Assembly (NCBI RefSeq): GCF_006345805.1
Contig: NC_043005.1
Span: 54,994,001-55,058,000 of the forward strand
Source of the DNA: Octopus sinensis
Taxonomy: Eukaryota
Reading direction: 5' to 3'
DNA: 64,000 nt
A program made the position numbers and the translations under genes. Below are positions 1 to 11,930 of the stretch, piece by piece; the first letter of the stretch is position 1, and each line of letters opens with the position of its first letter. The notes below the pieces were generated by a model. The model ran no database searches, was not told the DNA's origin, and worked only from the letters and a program-made list of their open reading frames with translations.

Positions 1-356
1 GTTTTAGTCAGGAAGCATTTAGCATCCTGCCTCGCTTCCCACTCCATTTCCACATATGTGTCTCTGCATCATAAATTTAAAACAAATCAGAAATAACAAA
101 ATGTGGTGTGTGGAAGGATGACATTTAACTAAAATTGATTTATAATATATAAAAAAAAAATTTTCTCTCCATTTTTGTATCTAAATTATCAAGTATTGTG
201 GAGTGGATAAAAAATTGATATAAGTTACTTCAGAGTAGAAAAAAAAATACAGGTGATAAATGTTTTTTTTTTTTTTTTTTTTTGCTATAAATAACATTAA
301 TTATACATTCACACTAGTTTGCATTTTAAAGAAATACACCATGAGAGAAATGAGGT

Positions 357-550
357 TTTCAGTCATTGGACAGCAGCCATGCTGGCGTGGGCACTACCTT
401 GAAGGAGTTTAGTTGAAGGAATCAGCCCCAGGATTTCCTTTTTAAAGCCTGTTACTTATTCTATCAGTTGTTTATGCTGAACTGCTAAGTTACAGGAAGG
501 AATGTAAACAAACAATTGATGGCTGTCAAGTGGTGGTGGAGGACAAACAC
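357..550 (-). mobile_element. SINE family 1, 3' half
   Basis: tttcagtcattggacagcagccatgctgg...ggacaaacac recurs at about 6661, 18544, 20945, 35908, 46525 and 57695. Confidence 0.8.
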
Positions 551-575
551 AACTATAAACAAGCACACGCACACA

Positions 576-916
576 TGTGAAGGTGCATGGCTCAGTGGTT
601 AGAGTATCGGGCTCACAATCTTCAGATTGTGAGTTCAATTCCCAGACCAGGCTGTGTGTTGTGTTCTTGAGCAAGAGACTTTATTTGATGTTGCTACAGT
701 TCACTCAGCTGTAGAAATGAGTTGTAATATCACTAGTGCTAAACTGTATCAGCCCTTGCCTTTCCCTTGGTTAACATCAATGGTGTGGAGAGGGGAGACT
801 GGTATTTATAGGCTACCACTGGTCTTCCATAAACAACCTTGCCTAGACTTGTGCCTCCGAGGGAAATTTTCCAGGTGCATCTCATGGTCATTCATGACCG
901 AAGAGGGTCTTTATCC
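576..916 (+). mobile_element. tRNA-derived SINE, family 2
   Basis: A-box-like TGGCTCAGTGG (588-598) and B-box-like GAGTTCAATTCC (631-642); body similar to copies at 43840 and 48851; ends in a (TA)/(TG) microsatellite. Confidence 0.85.
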
Positions 917-924
917 TTTTTATT

Positions 925-933
925 ATATATGTG

Positions 934-991
<58 letters not shown>

Positions 992-1007
992 TATATATAT
1001 TTATATA

Positions 1008-1059
<52 letters not shown>

Positions 1060-1095
1060 TGTATATATATGCATACACAGATACACACACACAAA
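925..1095. repeat. Compound (TA)n/(TG)n/(CA)n microsatellite
   Basis: Read directly; source of the IYIY/CVCV ORFs at 654-1300. Confidence 0.97.
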
Positions 1096-1259
1096 CATTA
1101 ATGTTTGCTTTTATGCTCAGGTATGATAAAAGCAATTTTACATTAATCTGATGGCTATGCAATACTTTTGTAGAGTACAAATTTATATTCTGAAACGAGT
1201 GTTTTTGACAGTGACTTCGAAGTTTTGGCCAGCTAAGCCATATATATTTACATGACAAT

Positions 1260-1436
1260 CTTCTTTCAGTTTCTTTATTTTTTTTATGATATCCACTCAC
1301 AAGGCTTTGGTTGACCTGGGATGGTGGGGGTTATACTAAAAGATGCTTGCTGAGGGTGCCATTCCATGGGGCTGAACAACTGGACACAGGAACATGTAGT
1401 TTGGAAGCAAGATTCTTACCACACATCCATGCTTGC
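1260..1436 (-). mobile_element. SINE family 1, 5' (tRNA-head) half
   Basis: ttctttcagtt...atccactcacaaggctttgg...gattcttaccacacatcc matches the 5' halves at 36165-36303 and 57935-58072. Confidence 0.75.
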
Positions 1437-1486
1437 GCATAGAAGTTTGATATTTGAAACATCAGACAAATCTAATCAAATACTTG

Positions 1487-1707
1487 TAAGAGAGGTTGCT
1501 GAAAAATTCCTGGATTTAGGAAAAAGAAAATACCAGAGGATCAGTTAATTATGATTTTATTCAACATATTCCCCTCCCAGATTCAGACACTTATTGCAGT
1601 AGTCCTTCAGTTTTTCTCAGCCCTGTAAAAGAACTTGGAACATTGGGTCTCCAACCAGGCCTTTTGTAGTACCCTTAAAGCCAGAAACTTTTCCACACCC
1701 CCTCATG
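1487..1707. mobile_element. Mariner-derived MITE
   Basis: Imperfect ~30-bp TIRs: left gagaggttgctgaaaaattcctggattta; right end reverse-complements to gagggggtgtggaaaagtttctggcttta. TA at the left junction. A less-decayed solo copy of this TIR lies at ~51020. Confidence 0.75.
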
Positions 1708-1821
1708 TATATTCACATCTGTTACTAATTTAATTAACTCCTTATTTATTTATGAATTTACTTCAGTTTTTGTTAATACATAAGTTTTGTTTGAAAAATG
1801 AAATTTTTCAACTATTTTGTG

Positions 1822-2196
1822 TTATTACCTCCACTTTAGCGAAGACAGAGGTATTGTTTTCAGTCATGTTTGTTTGTTTGTTTGTCCATGGACAAGATAT
1901 CTCAAGAACCGCTGAATGGATTCAGATGAAACTTTCAGGCATGTTTGCCCTCATGACTGGCATGAACTGCTTAGATTTTGGAATCGATCACTTACCAGAC
2001 AAAGATTCTGAATTACTTTTCTGGTTTTTTTTTACTTACTTTTTGAGAGTAGTTGAGTTCATTTTTCGTATTCCCGTTTGTGAGGGCAGTCAAGTTTATT
2101 TCAGATATTCTCATTTTAAAAATATTCTCTGGCTAATCATTGAGAGAATGTTGCTGTTGCCTTGACAGAGATTTGAGCTCTCTGAGTGCTCTTGTT
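1822..2196 (+). mobile_element. Helentron-associated non-autonomous element (HINE/DINE-1-like)
   Basis: 5' palindrome acctcc..gaggt (1827-1852), short (GTTT)n tract, 3' sub-TIR-like gacagag, terminal stem-loop gagctc-tct-gagtgc followed by a T-rich end. This layout matches described HINEs. Confidence 0.6.
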
Positions 2197-2479
2197 TTTT
2201 ATTATTTTACATCACTTTTAAATTATTAAAATTTTTGAATTATTTTATTTGAATTATCACTAAATACTTAAATACTTTTGAAGGTTGTTTGGATACTTGA
2301 AGAAAGTTGGAAAGTACAGATGTTCATTAAAAAAAATGGTGCTGATTTTAATCTATATTTCAGTAATGTTTAAAGCTTTCAGAGGTGGAGGGGCAAGAGC
2401 ATGCATATATTTATATGTTCGTCAAAATGTATGTGTTTTAACATATATGTGCGCACACACATAAATGCACTCACACCCA

Positions 2480-2640
2480 CAATGGAACTTGGTAGATAGA
2501 TTCTGTCTAACAGATTCATTCACAAGGTGTCGTTTGGCCTAGGGCTATAGTTGAAAACACTTGCTCAGGATGCAGTGCTATGGGACTGAACCTCACATTA
2601 CATGTTTACAAATTGCAGTATGTAATCACACAGCCATCCC
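2480..2640 (-). mobile_element. SINE family 1, 5' half (decayed)
   Basis: gattcattcacaaggtgtcg...gaaaacacttgctcagg...gggactgaacc...cacacagcc. Confidence 0.7.
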
Positions 2641-4970
2641 AATATATACATACTTACATACATACCTGCATGCATGTATGTATGTATTGGAGAGCCTTTG
2701 ATTACAGATCAGCCCTAACAGGGCTGAAATACGAGTAAGCAATTGCAACAATCATCCTTACTGTGTCTCACCCCTTAAAGCCTGTATGAAACATGTCACC
2801 AAATCCTTATTCTTCACACTTGCAGCTTCTTAGAATGTCTTACCTACTCTCATTTTCGTTTGAGGCATTGGCCTGTAGAAGTTAGAATTGAATATCAATG
2901 ACATGCAACTTTTTGATCTTGAAGGACCCATAATAGTTGTTAGCATTGCTTCTCTGTCTGAGATTGTGGTGTATCTGTGTTTTAAATTCCATATTTCAGT
3001 TTTATATGCAAGTGATTACACATCAGTTTTAGATTGATGTTATACCTAGGTTTTTTTTTTATTTTTAGGATATATTCTTTGCAATTTATTTATAAAATAA
3101 TTATAGTTTTTAAGTGTCTCTGACCTAAATTTGATTTCTTATTGTTGCTTTTATTTTTCACTTGTTTAGACAATGTCCTGAGGAAAGGCATGAATACTAC
3201 AAATGCCACAAATGTCTGACTGCCTTAAGTCAATAGAACTTATTAGTATCTGTTTACAGATACTTCTGATCCGATGGCTCATGTGATTGGTTCTCTTTGT
3301 TTCGTTAGTGCATAGGATAATAAAATATTAGTTTATCTACTTTACAGTATTACTTGTCATAGCGTGGAATGTTAAAACAACACATTGCTTAACCTACATT
3401 ATTCTTTAGCTTCCTTGAGCAAGCATTATTAGAAATGTATTCTCAAAATTTGCATCATTGTAAGTCTTCAGAGATTCCTATTTATGCACAAATTATAGGT
3501 AATATGACCCATTTTCAGAGATAGTGTTTCATATTTCAGCAAGACATTTTGAGTTGATACATTTGGATTCAAGCAAATAATGATTAGTGCATGTGCAATC
3601 TGAGCTTGAAAGAGAATTGATTAAGATAAGCCAAAGAAAAGAGGGGGAGAAAGTCAAAAGTATAAAGAGCTACATTTACAAGATGTAAGTTCCCTGATTT
3701 TTATTGAGAATTGCAGTAACAAGATTAGAAAATAATAAAAGATTGCGACTAATTGTTTTAAAACTTTTTGAAAGCTATCCAATTAATGTTATCATTTGTA
3801 ACTCTACGTGTATATCAACCCTAAAGAAAAAAGACGGAAAAAAAATTAATCTTACTGACATGAAGGTTTGCTCAAATCTACTGTATGTGACTCCATCTAA
3901 TTTAATATTTTCAGCATTTCGTATGTACACCTGACTCATAGACAAACATTTAGTGAGAATGAAAGAATTTGAATGAAACTGACTCTTCTTAAGTTTTATA
4001 TGTTTGGCATCTGAATTAGTGAATGCCATGGATAAGGAAAGGTGTAATAATTCAATTTGATCTTTTTCAATGTTTGTTGTAATTTTGAAAGAAAAAGTAA
4101 AAAGAGAGCTTGAATCTTGATTCTTTTATTTTTTATTATCCTAAATTAAATTCGCCAGTAGTAGCCTTCTAAGTACTTTTGTGCATGTGTTCTTCATTGC
4201 AGAACAGTTTTTGATTTAATAAAACATATAATAAATGAATAAAGTATTCTCTATTATTGTATCGTGTTAGCATAGCTTAACTAAATGCTAAATAATAAAT
4301 TCTCACTGGTTTTTTTCTATTTACTTTCAGGTAAGTTTTCACTTTTCGAAGATGCTCACACGAAGAGGAATTGTTTTGATCTTGCTCTAATTCTCTACCA
4401 AAGAACATTCTGACTTTGGGGACCTTTGAAACGAGAAGGTAAAACAGTCAAATTACCTATTAAATCTACATGGTAATCATCACAGAGAACGCCTTTTGAG
4501 TGTTTTGCCTGCTTAAGAATATTACAAAGAGAAAGATCACAAGTTATCTTTCACTTAATTTTAGCAACCTCCAGTAAGTGAACTATCTCATATATGATAT
4601 TTAATCAAAACAGCTATATTCTGTAAAGTTCATTTTTAAATGTTCTCTTCTTTAACCCTCATTTGCGTGTGTTTTACGTATCTGTGTGTGTGTGATTTAT
4701 CATGTTTCATATTTTTATATTTCTTTTTCCATTTTCACAAAATTTAAATTGAGTAGGATTTGATAATTTTAACTTCTCTTCTGTAGCCTTAATTGTATTA
4801 AATTTACTTTGATTGCAATCTCATACCATTTGTAGTGTTTATGTCAACCATAAGTATCACATTTAAGTCATAGTGTAGTTACCTCTCATAAACAATTCCT
4901 ATATTTTCTAGCCCTGTTACAAATAAAGTATGTTCATCTCATTCTTGACTGCTCACTTTTCCCATACTAT

Positions 4971-5936
4971 TTTGTCTACCTTAATTTTAGCCACTGGCAT
5001 ACACATAGGTTGGTTTCCACTAAGTTCATTCCTGATCACAGCCATTTAGTTCTGTTGCAGCTATGTTCCATAAGCACTTTAAAGTCTTCTAATACTCATT
5101 TCCTTACATCACCATCACTGCACACAAACACACGCACACATGAACTGGCTGGTTATTCCCACCAGATTATATCTTTTGGTTTCCCTTTGTGCAAACCACT
5201 TGTTATACACCTGGTATCATGATACCATTACTAACACCAATTATACTGTATGAGCAACTTACCTACTGCTATAATTAAAACTTTATTGCACAGCTAGACT
5301 CTGCAAAGCGTTTGAAGATTTTAGCTAACTGGCTGCCTACCTGATGTAGCATTCTGCATTCAGAGTTATAACAGTCTCTGCTCTTTCACATTCTGTCTGA
5401 ATATGTTGTCAAGCACATTGACCAAGCTTTGATTTTGTTTATGCCTATCACTGAAAAGAGAAAAAAAATGTAAAATTTTTCTTGAACATTCTTGTTTTGC
5501 CTTACTCTGCTTAAAGAACATTTATAGAACAGAAATATAATTTTAATCGTATGTATAGATTTAGATATTACTTGAATATTAATTGTGTGTAGTTATAGAT
5601 GTAAGCGATCTATTTACGAACATTATTTGTTATTGGAGTTGATTCTGTGAGAGAGTAATTTTAATCAGAAAATTATCCAGCATGCATAGCCTGTCTCAAT
5701 CTTTGAAATGTAAATGGATGACGAATGCAGAAACTATGTATATTTGTCTGCCTTAATTTTAGCCACTGGCATACACATAGGTTGGTTTCCACTAAGTTCA
5801 TTCCTGATCACAGCCATTTAGTTCTGTTGCAGCTATGTTCCATAAGCACTTTAAAGTCTTCTAATACTTGTTTCCTTACATCACCATCACTGCACACAAA
5901 CACACGCACACATGAACTGGCTGGTTATTCCCACCA
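4971..5936 (+). repeat. 194-bp direct repeat pair (4971-5164 and 5743-5936)
   Basis: Offset 772 bp, 3 mismatches by eye; explains the twin ORFs MVSTKFIPDHS at 5010 and 5725. Confidence 0.95.
4990..5455 (+). mobile_element. Possible highly decayed LINE reverse-transcriptase relic
   Basis: Frame around 5415-5445 reads KHIDQAFDFVY, resembling the RT DxxKAFDxV motif; broken frames elsewhere. Confidence 0.35.
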
Positions 5937-6660
5937 AAACATTTCTTGATTGAAATGACCATCTTATATGATCCCTGCTACTTTTTTCTGCAAACCATTG
6001 CTATTCTATTAAACTGTCATTTGTCCAAATTTAGCCAAATGAATTTTTTTGAATATTTATTTTTGCTTGCAATAGCCAGTTCTTTCGGTCGAACTATCAT
6101 TTCTCCAGCTGCTTCAGATGCCAAAATATCAAAAATTGTCAGTGTAGTACAACGGTTTTGCAATGAAATGGGGAAACTATTTTTCCTTTTTCTGAAAAAG
6201 CAACATTTTAGAGCTATGACACTTTTGTATAATAGCAACGAAATGATGTTCGTGCCAGAAGAACATCAAGAAAATAAAAAAAATGTATTTATGCAATGGA
6301 AAATATGCCAGCTTCTCAGCACTTTCAGACTTTCAGACATGCTTTCTGAATCCTTCACAGTTTTAAGGAAACTTTTATAACTCATTGCCCCTAGTCATGA
6401 AGAATATACAAAGAAGTATTACAAGGAGGTCCTTCTACTGACAAATACATTTGCTTTCATATCTACTTTCTGGTGTTCTCAGTCATGTTTACTTTGTGCC
6501 ACACTGGGGATTAAGCTGAAATTTACTGGCACACTTCACATAAATTTAAAAACAAAAAAAAAGGGCAATGAAACAGATATGTTTTTTAAATTAAAACTTC
6601 AGAAAAACTTCAGAAAACTATTGTCTACTGTGTTTTAATTAATATTGCAGTTTCTCATAC

Positions 6661-6921
6661 TTGTTTCAGTCATTAGAATGTGGCCATGCTGGGACACTAT
6701 CTTGAAGGGTTTAATTGAACAAATTGACCTCAGTACTTATTATTCTTAATCCTAATACTTATTCCATCAGATATTTTTGCTTAACTGCTAAGTTATGGGA
6801 ATGTAGACATACCAACACTGGTTGTCAAGAGATACTGGGAGATAAGTGCAAGCATACACACATGTGTATATGTACGTATGTATGCATGTGTGTGTATATA
6901 CATATGTGTCAGTGTGTGTAT

Positions 6922-6982
<61 letters not shown>

Positions 6983-7173
6983 ATATATCTTTATATATAC
7001 ATATGCACACATACATGATGGATTTTTCCCACTTTTTGCCTATCAAATTCACATGCAAATCTTTGGTCACCCGGGTGCTATAATGGAAGACACTTGCCCA
7101 AGAGTCCATACAGTGGGACTGAACCCAGAACCATGTGGGTGGGAAGCAAACTTCTCGCCACAAAGCCACACCT
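6661..7173 (-). mobile_element. SINE family 1, full bipartite copy with internal microsatellite
   Basis: 3' module 6661-6860, internal (TG)/(CA)/(TA) tract 6860-7015, tRNA-head module 7020-7173. Confidence 0.85.
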
Positions 7174-7544
7174 TTGCCTATTAATATGGATTTTTCAAAT
7201 CCTTAAATATATTTATACTTTTAATGTTCTGCTCTTTGTTGCCTAAGTCAAAAGCTCAGTCCTATAATGATTACGTAAAAAAATTCCTGAAAATGGGCAT
7301 TGTCTTGCCATTTCAAAATTGGGCCATATTACTGAAAAGACAGTTTTTTTTTAAGGACAGTTTGTACTAAAAGTAGTAGTTAACAACTACAAATCATCAT
7401 CATTATCATCACCACCACCACCATCATCACCATCATTATAATGTCTATTGTTCCATGTTTGCATGGGTTAGATGAGAGTAAATTGGAGCAGACGCTTATA
7501 TGGCTGGATGCTCTTCTTGTCAACAACCTTCTCATGTTTCACAA

Positions 7545-7765
7545 TGAGATGGCCGAATTGTTAGCACACTGGGAAAAATGCTTTGCAGCATTTTGTCTGC
7601 CTTTATGCTCTGAGTTCAAATTTTTCCAAGGTCCACTTCGCTGCTCATCCTTTCAGGGTTAATAAAATTTAAGTATCAGTTGAGGAGTGGGGCTGATTTA
7701 ATTGTCTTACTCTCGCCTTGAAATTGCTGGCCTTGTTCCAAATTTTGATGCCAATATTTTGTCCA
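7545..7765 (+). mobile_element. SINE family 3
   Basis: ggccgaattgttagcacactggg..aaatgc...gagttcaaatt...aagtatcagtt, same layout as copies at 32705-33806 and 41015. Confidence 0.8.
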
Positions 7766-8745
7766 AGATATTTAGTGAAAAATTGGATAGTTTTAAGTCA
7801 GATGTTGAAGTATATACAGAAATTGCTATATTACTAGGATTATCCTCTCCAAAGCCTTATCTACCTTTTACTCATCAATTAAGTCATAAAGTAAGTTATT
7901 GCTCATCTCTCCTATCATTATATCAGTTTTCTCTTCTCATGTCCTTGCTGGACTTCGCTCCAGTTTTGCCACCCCAAATTAACTCCTCTCTTTGTGACCA
8001 TGTTTTCCCACTGGAACCTAGTTTAAATTGAGAATCAACCGTATTTGGCTATCCTAATTTACTAGTTTCATCTTCAAATGATGTTTCACTTCTAATCGTT
8101 GCAATCTCCTTGAACAGCCAAAAAAGTTTTTATTTTCGCTCTGGATTTAAAAGCACATTTTTTTTTCTTCCATATCAACTACTACTACTTCTGCATTTCA
8201 TTCCAAACTGATATTAGTTGAAAGTATTCTATGCTATATTGTGAGAGGAAGGTATTAAAAACAAAAAAGATGAAAAGAAAAATTTAATGATAAATATCAT
8301 ATTTGAGTGACAAAATATTATCTCATTCTCAAGTGTCATTTTCCTTTAAATATTTTAGTAATATGGCTTCAATGTTTTCTCCCTCTCTCTGTCTTCTTCC
8401 CTGCATTTACCATTATTATTATTGTTGTTGTTGCTGTTTTTGTTATTGCTATCATTGCCATTGCTGTTATTGATATTATTATCACTGAGTGATTAGATGA
8501 AATGATATTGTTACTCTAGTACCCCATTTGCATTCTGTTTTCAAATCTTGTTCAGTTTGATTTTTTCCTTCAATTCAAACTCCTGTATTTCTTTTTAACA
8601 ATGTCCTCGCCAATGTTCATGATTTTCCTATTTTAAGAAAACGTTCATTATGTCATTGTTGCATGCAGAAACCAGTGTCTTTCCTTTCCAAACACTTCAA
8701 TTGTTCCCTCTCTCCCTCTCTCTTTTCTCTCTCTGTACATATCTC

Positions 8746-8796
<51 letters not shown>

Positions 8797-8929
8797 CAGA
8801 GAGAGAGAGTTAAGAATATCTGTTCCAATGCTCTTATATGCAACAGTTCAAAGGGTCATGGAAGCAGTCAGTAACCATTTACAACAGTTTCAGTCTCACC
8901 TTCTCTCCTTACTTTTTGATCATCAATAT

Positions 8930-10085
8930 TACTTCTGTTGATCCAAATCTATGGAAAGCCTGTTTTCTGAAATCATTCAGCAGTACTCCCTTACCCTTTA
9001 GTTGTTTGATAAATACATTTTTGTTGCATTTGATACTGGAATACCCGACCATGTCAAGCAAGAAAATCTCCCAGCTGAGCTGCCCACCTATGGGCTTTAG
9101 CTATCTCTCATCTCTTGCATTGAATACTTCCTGTGAAATAGCACCGTTGCATCATGTGCTGATTGGCTCTTTTTGTCCGAGATTGTAACAAGTGTTGTGT
9201 GCTTCAAGGTTTATAATTATATCCAGCATCTTTCTCCTGGCTGTGAGATATTGTTAGAATGGCATGCTTGTTTTCACCTTTACCAACAAATACTTCTTTC
9301 CAGTTGCCACTACTGCTCCTTCTGAATCTTTCATTCACTGACTTGATCTCTATGCAGCCTAGTCACCTCATGTAAAACTTGCACCATCTCCATGAACAGA
9401 AACCTCAAAACATTCTTAATGAGATCAAGACAATCTATTCTCTTTCAACAGCTTAAAAGACATGCTTACTACTACATATATCAAAGAAATACTCTTTTAT
9501 CTCACACTCTTGGACTTTTGGACAACATAGGAGCAAAAACCCTCAGAAATTGCTACACTGACCATTCTTGACAATTTCATGTTGTCAGCATAGTTAAAAC
9601 TATATACAGGGGACTGGAAGTGTTTTAGCCCTGATCAATTATTGATTCTCCACAAAGGAGAAGCAAAACTCACAGTGGAATACTTTTGCACATCTGGGAT
9701 GGTGCTACTACTACACACATAAATATCATAGAGTGTATCCAAAAGAAAACTATTGAATTGCCAAAGTCTCACTCACCAACATTCTACAACTTTTGGTTTG
9801 CTGATGTGCTGTGTCCTCACTCTGCTTATTCTGTAGTAATAATAGTGGCTTTGTCCTTATGAAGTTGTTTGTTGCATACCATCTTCACCCAGCCTTTCAT
9901 AACACAGCCAACCTCTTTTCTCTTTCATCCATACTATGTCTTGCACTTCTCGCTCAGAGGCCACACTAACCATTATATTCATGCTTCCTCCTCAGAGTGG
10001 CAACATATGTATTTCCCCCCGGATATTAACTTACTGTTCAAACTAAAAATCAACTGCCTGAGTCATATCAATGTTAAGAGGCTGG
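8930..10085 (+). mobile_element. Decayed CR1/L2/Jockey-group LINE ORF2 3' part
   Basis: Frameshifted translation gives SPDQLLILHKGEAKLTVEY, HIWDGATTTHINIIECIQKKTIEL, HPYYV..HTNHY..FPPDINLLFKLKIN, typical of the post-RT C-terminus of these LINEs. Confidence 0.75.
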
Positions 10086-10144
10086 CTTAAGTCATGTGCA
10101 CTGCCCTTCTCTCTCAGTGAGGCCCTTAAAAATTATCATCATCA

Positions 10145-10280
10145 TTGTTTATCATCTATTTTCCATGCTGGCATGGGTTGGACGGTTTGACTGAAGTCTG
10201 GAAAGGCAGTGGCTGCACCAGGCTCCAGTCTTGATCTGGCAATGTTTTTACAGTTGGATGCTCTTCCTAACACCACTCAC
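10145..10280 (-). mobile_element. SINE/LINE-tail family 4 fragment
   Basis: ttccatgctggcatgggttggacgg...ggctgcaccaggctccagtc...ggatgctcttcctaacaccactc; reverse of the copy at 48100-48250. Confidence 0.75.
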
Positions 10281-11159
10281 TGGCATCTCAGATTGAGATT
10301 TGCATGGTTTTAGTCTCAATGCTTTGATCTACTCGGGGCTATAGTTCTAAATACTTTTCCAAGGAGCTGATGTGAGGAATTGAATCTGGAATGATGTGGT
10401 TTTGAAGTGAATTTCTTAAGTAAACAGCTTTGGCTGCATTCTAAATATATATGAGTCTCAACATGTTTCCTCGAAGAAATTTTTTAAAATCAACCTTAGA
10501 CATCAACTACACCAAATTAATCCCACCTTTTTCACTTGACAATAATTATCTTAATGTTAACTGTTTGCATTAAGAAAAAGAAAATGAAGCTATCTACAAG
10601 GACTCTTTCCTATGTCTCCACATTCTAAAAGTATTGTACTCCTGAAAATCTTGCTGTAATAGGGAGTTCCTCAATGCAAAACTTAGTTTTCCATTGTTGA
10701 TGTCTTGTAAGATGGAAAACAATGAACATGGAATAAATGGGAAAATATGTTTTGCATTAAGGAACTCCATGTTAGAGCATGATTTTCTGGAACACAGACC
10801 TCAGTAGTTTGAAGGATACCTACTAAAATATAATGCACAGTGGTAAAACCAGTATTAAGTGTGGGAAATAATTCTTGACATGTATTTTATTTAGTGACAG
10901 AAGCACCATTAAATAAGATACATAAGGATATATATTGTCTAAAAGAGGAAATGGAAATATATAGAAGATAAATAATTTAAAGACAGATTTTTGCCTGAAA
11001 CTCAGTAGCTAGTTTACTTCTTGGGTTGATAATAAGTTTATATGCATACAGAAAAGCAAAGCTGGATAAGTATTCAAATATATTTAGCAATCATCTTCCA
11101 TAGTGATGTGTTTATTTTATGCCAGAGAAACATTTGGCAATGTATAGTGTTGTATACAC

Positions 11160-11362
11160 TTACCACACACACACAGACACATTTATGCATGTAAGAACAT
11201 ATGCATTCATATTTGTGTGGATGTGTGTATATGTGTATGTGTGTACATGTGTATGTGTGTACATACATGTCTTTATATGCACAAAAATATATTTGTATGT
11301 GTGTACGTACGTACGTACGTATGTATGTATGTATGTATGTATGTATGTATGTATATCTATGT
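11160..11362. repeat. (CA)/(TG)/(TACG)/(TATG) microsatellite
   Basis: Read directly. Confidence 0.95.
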
Positions 11363-11626
11363 GATGAGTACATAGGGATAAATTTTTCATGCAGGTACCG
11401 TATGAGCATTCAGTTAAAATCTGGGTTAAACCCAACTGCATCAATTTGTAAGAAGCACCTAGGGATTGCTGAAGGTGAGCAATCCCAGTGTAATTCATCC
11501 GATGGGCAAATCCTAGGTCCTCTTTTCTGGATTAAGAATATTTTGCTGATCAAAATCCAAGATAATTACAATGAATATACAGATGTACTATTTTGTATAT
11601 TTATTGTAATTGTCTTGTATATACAC

Positions 11627-11664
<38 letters not shown>

Positions 11665-11789
11665 ATCATTTGCAAGTAAGTATGGCTTTGTAGCCTGTAC
11701 TGTGCTTTCATTAAATGTTTTAAGTGACCTTGGTGTGACAAGCTGACTCAGTCACTCCCTCAACTCCCCTACGCATGCTCCACCAATAA

Positions 11790-11930
11790 GGTAGAACCTG
11801 TCTTTTTAGCTGCATGTCCTGGAGCAGTGTGAAACGAAATGCCTTTCTTGAGGACACAATGCACTGCCCAGTTCAGGCATAGGACTCCTTGATTTTACTA
11901 TTGAGAGCCCAACACACTAACTACTTGACC
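11790..11930 (-). mobile_element. SINE family 2 fragment (decayed head)
   Basis: gagcagtgtgaaacgaaatgcctttcttgaggacacaatgcactgccc...cactaactacttgacc is the reverse complement of the family 2 head. Confidence 0.65.

Noticed and set aside
6240-6450. EEYTKKYYKEVL resembling mariner NKEYYLEVL
   Set aside because: Single short motif with no supporting DDD context.
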